Part shown: positions 63,047 to 64,000 of the stretch, piece by piece
Layout: the number at the start of each line of letters is the position of its first letter
How positions within the stretch are numbered: the first letter of the stretch is position 1
Assembly (NCBI GenBank): GCA_050950825.1
Contig: JBMNIH010000003.1
Span: forward strand, 1-64,000
Source: Clostridia bacterium
GTDB taxonomy: Bacteria > Bacillota > Clostridia > JAAYHZ01
Length of the DNA: 64,000 bases
Direction of reading: 5' to 3'
Program-made: the position numbers and the translations under genes
Notes under the pieces: generated by a model
Seen by the model: the letters and a program-made list of their open reading frames with translations, nothing else
Database searches by the model: none
Told to the model about the DNA's origin: nothing

Positions 63047-63097
63047 AAATATATAAGTTTCTAGAGAATGAATACGCCGGTATATTTTATCATCTTT

Positions 63098-64000
63098 TTA
63101 TTTTCCTTGCGACGGTGACAAGCTTGCAAAGTAGTCGTAGGTTTTAACTTCATCTCTGTTCCAAATGTCAACCCATTGTTGCAGACCTGCGGCGTAAATC
63201 TGTTCAATGTATTGGGTCCATTCCGCATCAAAGTTGGAAATCTGTCCTGCGAAAGCTTTCTTTCGGAAATCGGAATGTACCGTATTAATTGAAGATGAGG
63301 TTTCGTCTCTCAACGTCTTAAATTCGTCAAACAATTCATCCGGCATGGTAAATGCGGAATAATATTTGTCCGGGCGAATCCACAGATTATCGCTCTTGTA
63401 GCCTCCGGGATTGTAGATGTTCCAGTAATCGATGAACTGGTTGTTGAATGCGTCAAAGCTGAAGTAAACCTTGTTGTCGCTGACAAAATTTCCGTTACCG
63501 AAATGGCCTACACCGATTTGGTTCTTACCTGCATACTGGGGAGGAATTTGTTCAGCCGGGGTCATCACTATGGGACTTGCGAAAGGCTCTCCCGTCCATT
63601 TGTAGTGAATACCTTCGATTCCCCATTTATACCGCAGCCAGTTTTCACCGAAGTAAGCATATTCGAGAATTTGGAAGAGTCTTGCCAGTTTCGCATCGTC
63701 GCAGTTATAACCGATAGGATAGGTATAGCCTTCACTCCAGTTAAAGGTCCAGTAAGGACGGAATTTTCCGTCTTCACCGGGTACCGGCGTTACCACGAAT
63801 TTTGCATCCGGATCCTTTTGGCATACGCTGGCAGGCGGCCATTCGTACATGTCGGTATATCCTAAAATTCTCGGTCCGCTCAGCATGCACATATATCCGG
63901 TTTTACCGGTAGCCCATGTCGCTTTTAACTCGTTCACGTAAGGCTCTAAGTTTGGATTACGGACATAATATCCTTTTTCCAGCATTTCCGTCACGTATTG
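63098..64000 (-). CDS. Solute-binding lipoprotein, paralogue 3 (5' part outside window)
   Basis: W.TGKTG, WGIEGIHYKW.GEPF, LWIRPDK, AEW..YIEQ shared with paralogue 2. Confidence 0.85.
   Translation of the reverse strand, partial: QYVTEMLEKGYYVRNPNLEPYVNELKATWATGKTGYMCMLSGPRILGYTDMYEWPPASVCQKDPDAKFVVTPVPGEDGKFRPYWTFNWSEGYTYPIGYNCDDAKLARLFQILEYAYFGENWLRYKWGIEGIHYKWTGEPFASPIVMTPAEQIPPQYAGKNQIGVGHFGNGNFVSDNKVYFSFDAFNNQFIDYWNIYNPGGYKSDNLWIRPDKYYSAFTMPDELFDEFKTLRDETSSSINTVHSDFRKKAFAGQISNFDAEWTQYIEQIYAAGLQQWVDIWNRDEVKTYDYFASLSPSQGK

Overview
Low-GC Firmicute (Clostridia-like) chromosomal window with four parts. (1) 0.5-9.3 kb is an IS-riddled zone: ISLre2 nested in an IS4-superfamily remnant, plus two IS3 elements with flanking deletions around a GHMP sugar kinase. 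(2) 6.2-38.4 kb is a minus-strand Wzx/Wzy capsule/EPS locus. Its resident priming glycosyltransferase breaks off at the conserved KG(D/E)MS motif (~31195) and is followed by ~25 kb of apparently foreign EPS genes carrying a second aminotransferase and priming transferase, led by a HEPN/Zn-finger gene. (3) 39-50 kb is a decayed flagellar region (flagellin remnant; intact csrA, fliW, flgM), TA remnants, and an IS110 element inserted between the RBS and start codon of an MNT antitoxin. The non-coding left end of this IS110 contains guide sequences matching that target, as expected of a bridge RNA. (4) 50-64 kb is a glycan-foraging cluster with paralogous orphan solute-binding lipoproteins, BNR/sialidase-like proteins, a GH95 enzyme and a triple-repeat CBM9-like surface protein. 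I saw no rRNA, tRNA or CRISPR. Product calls come from motif recognition by eye, not database searches.
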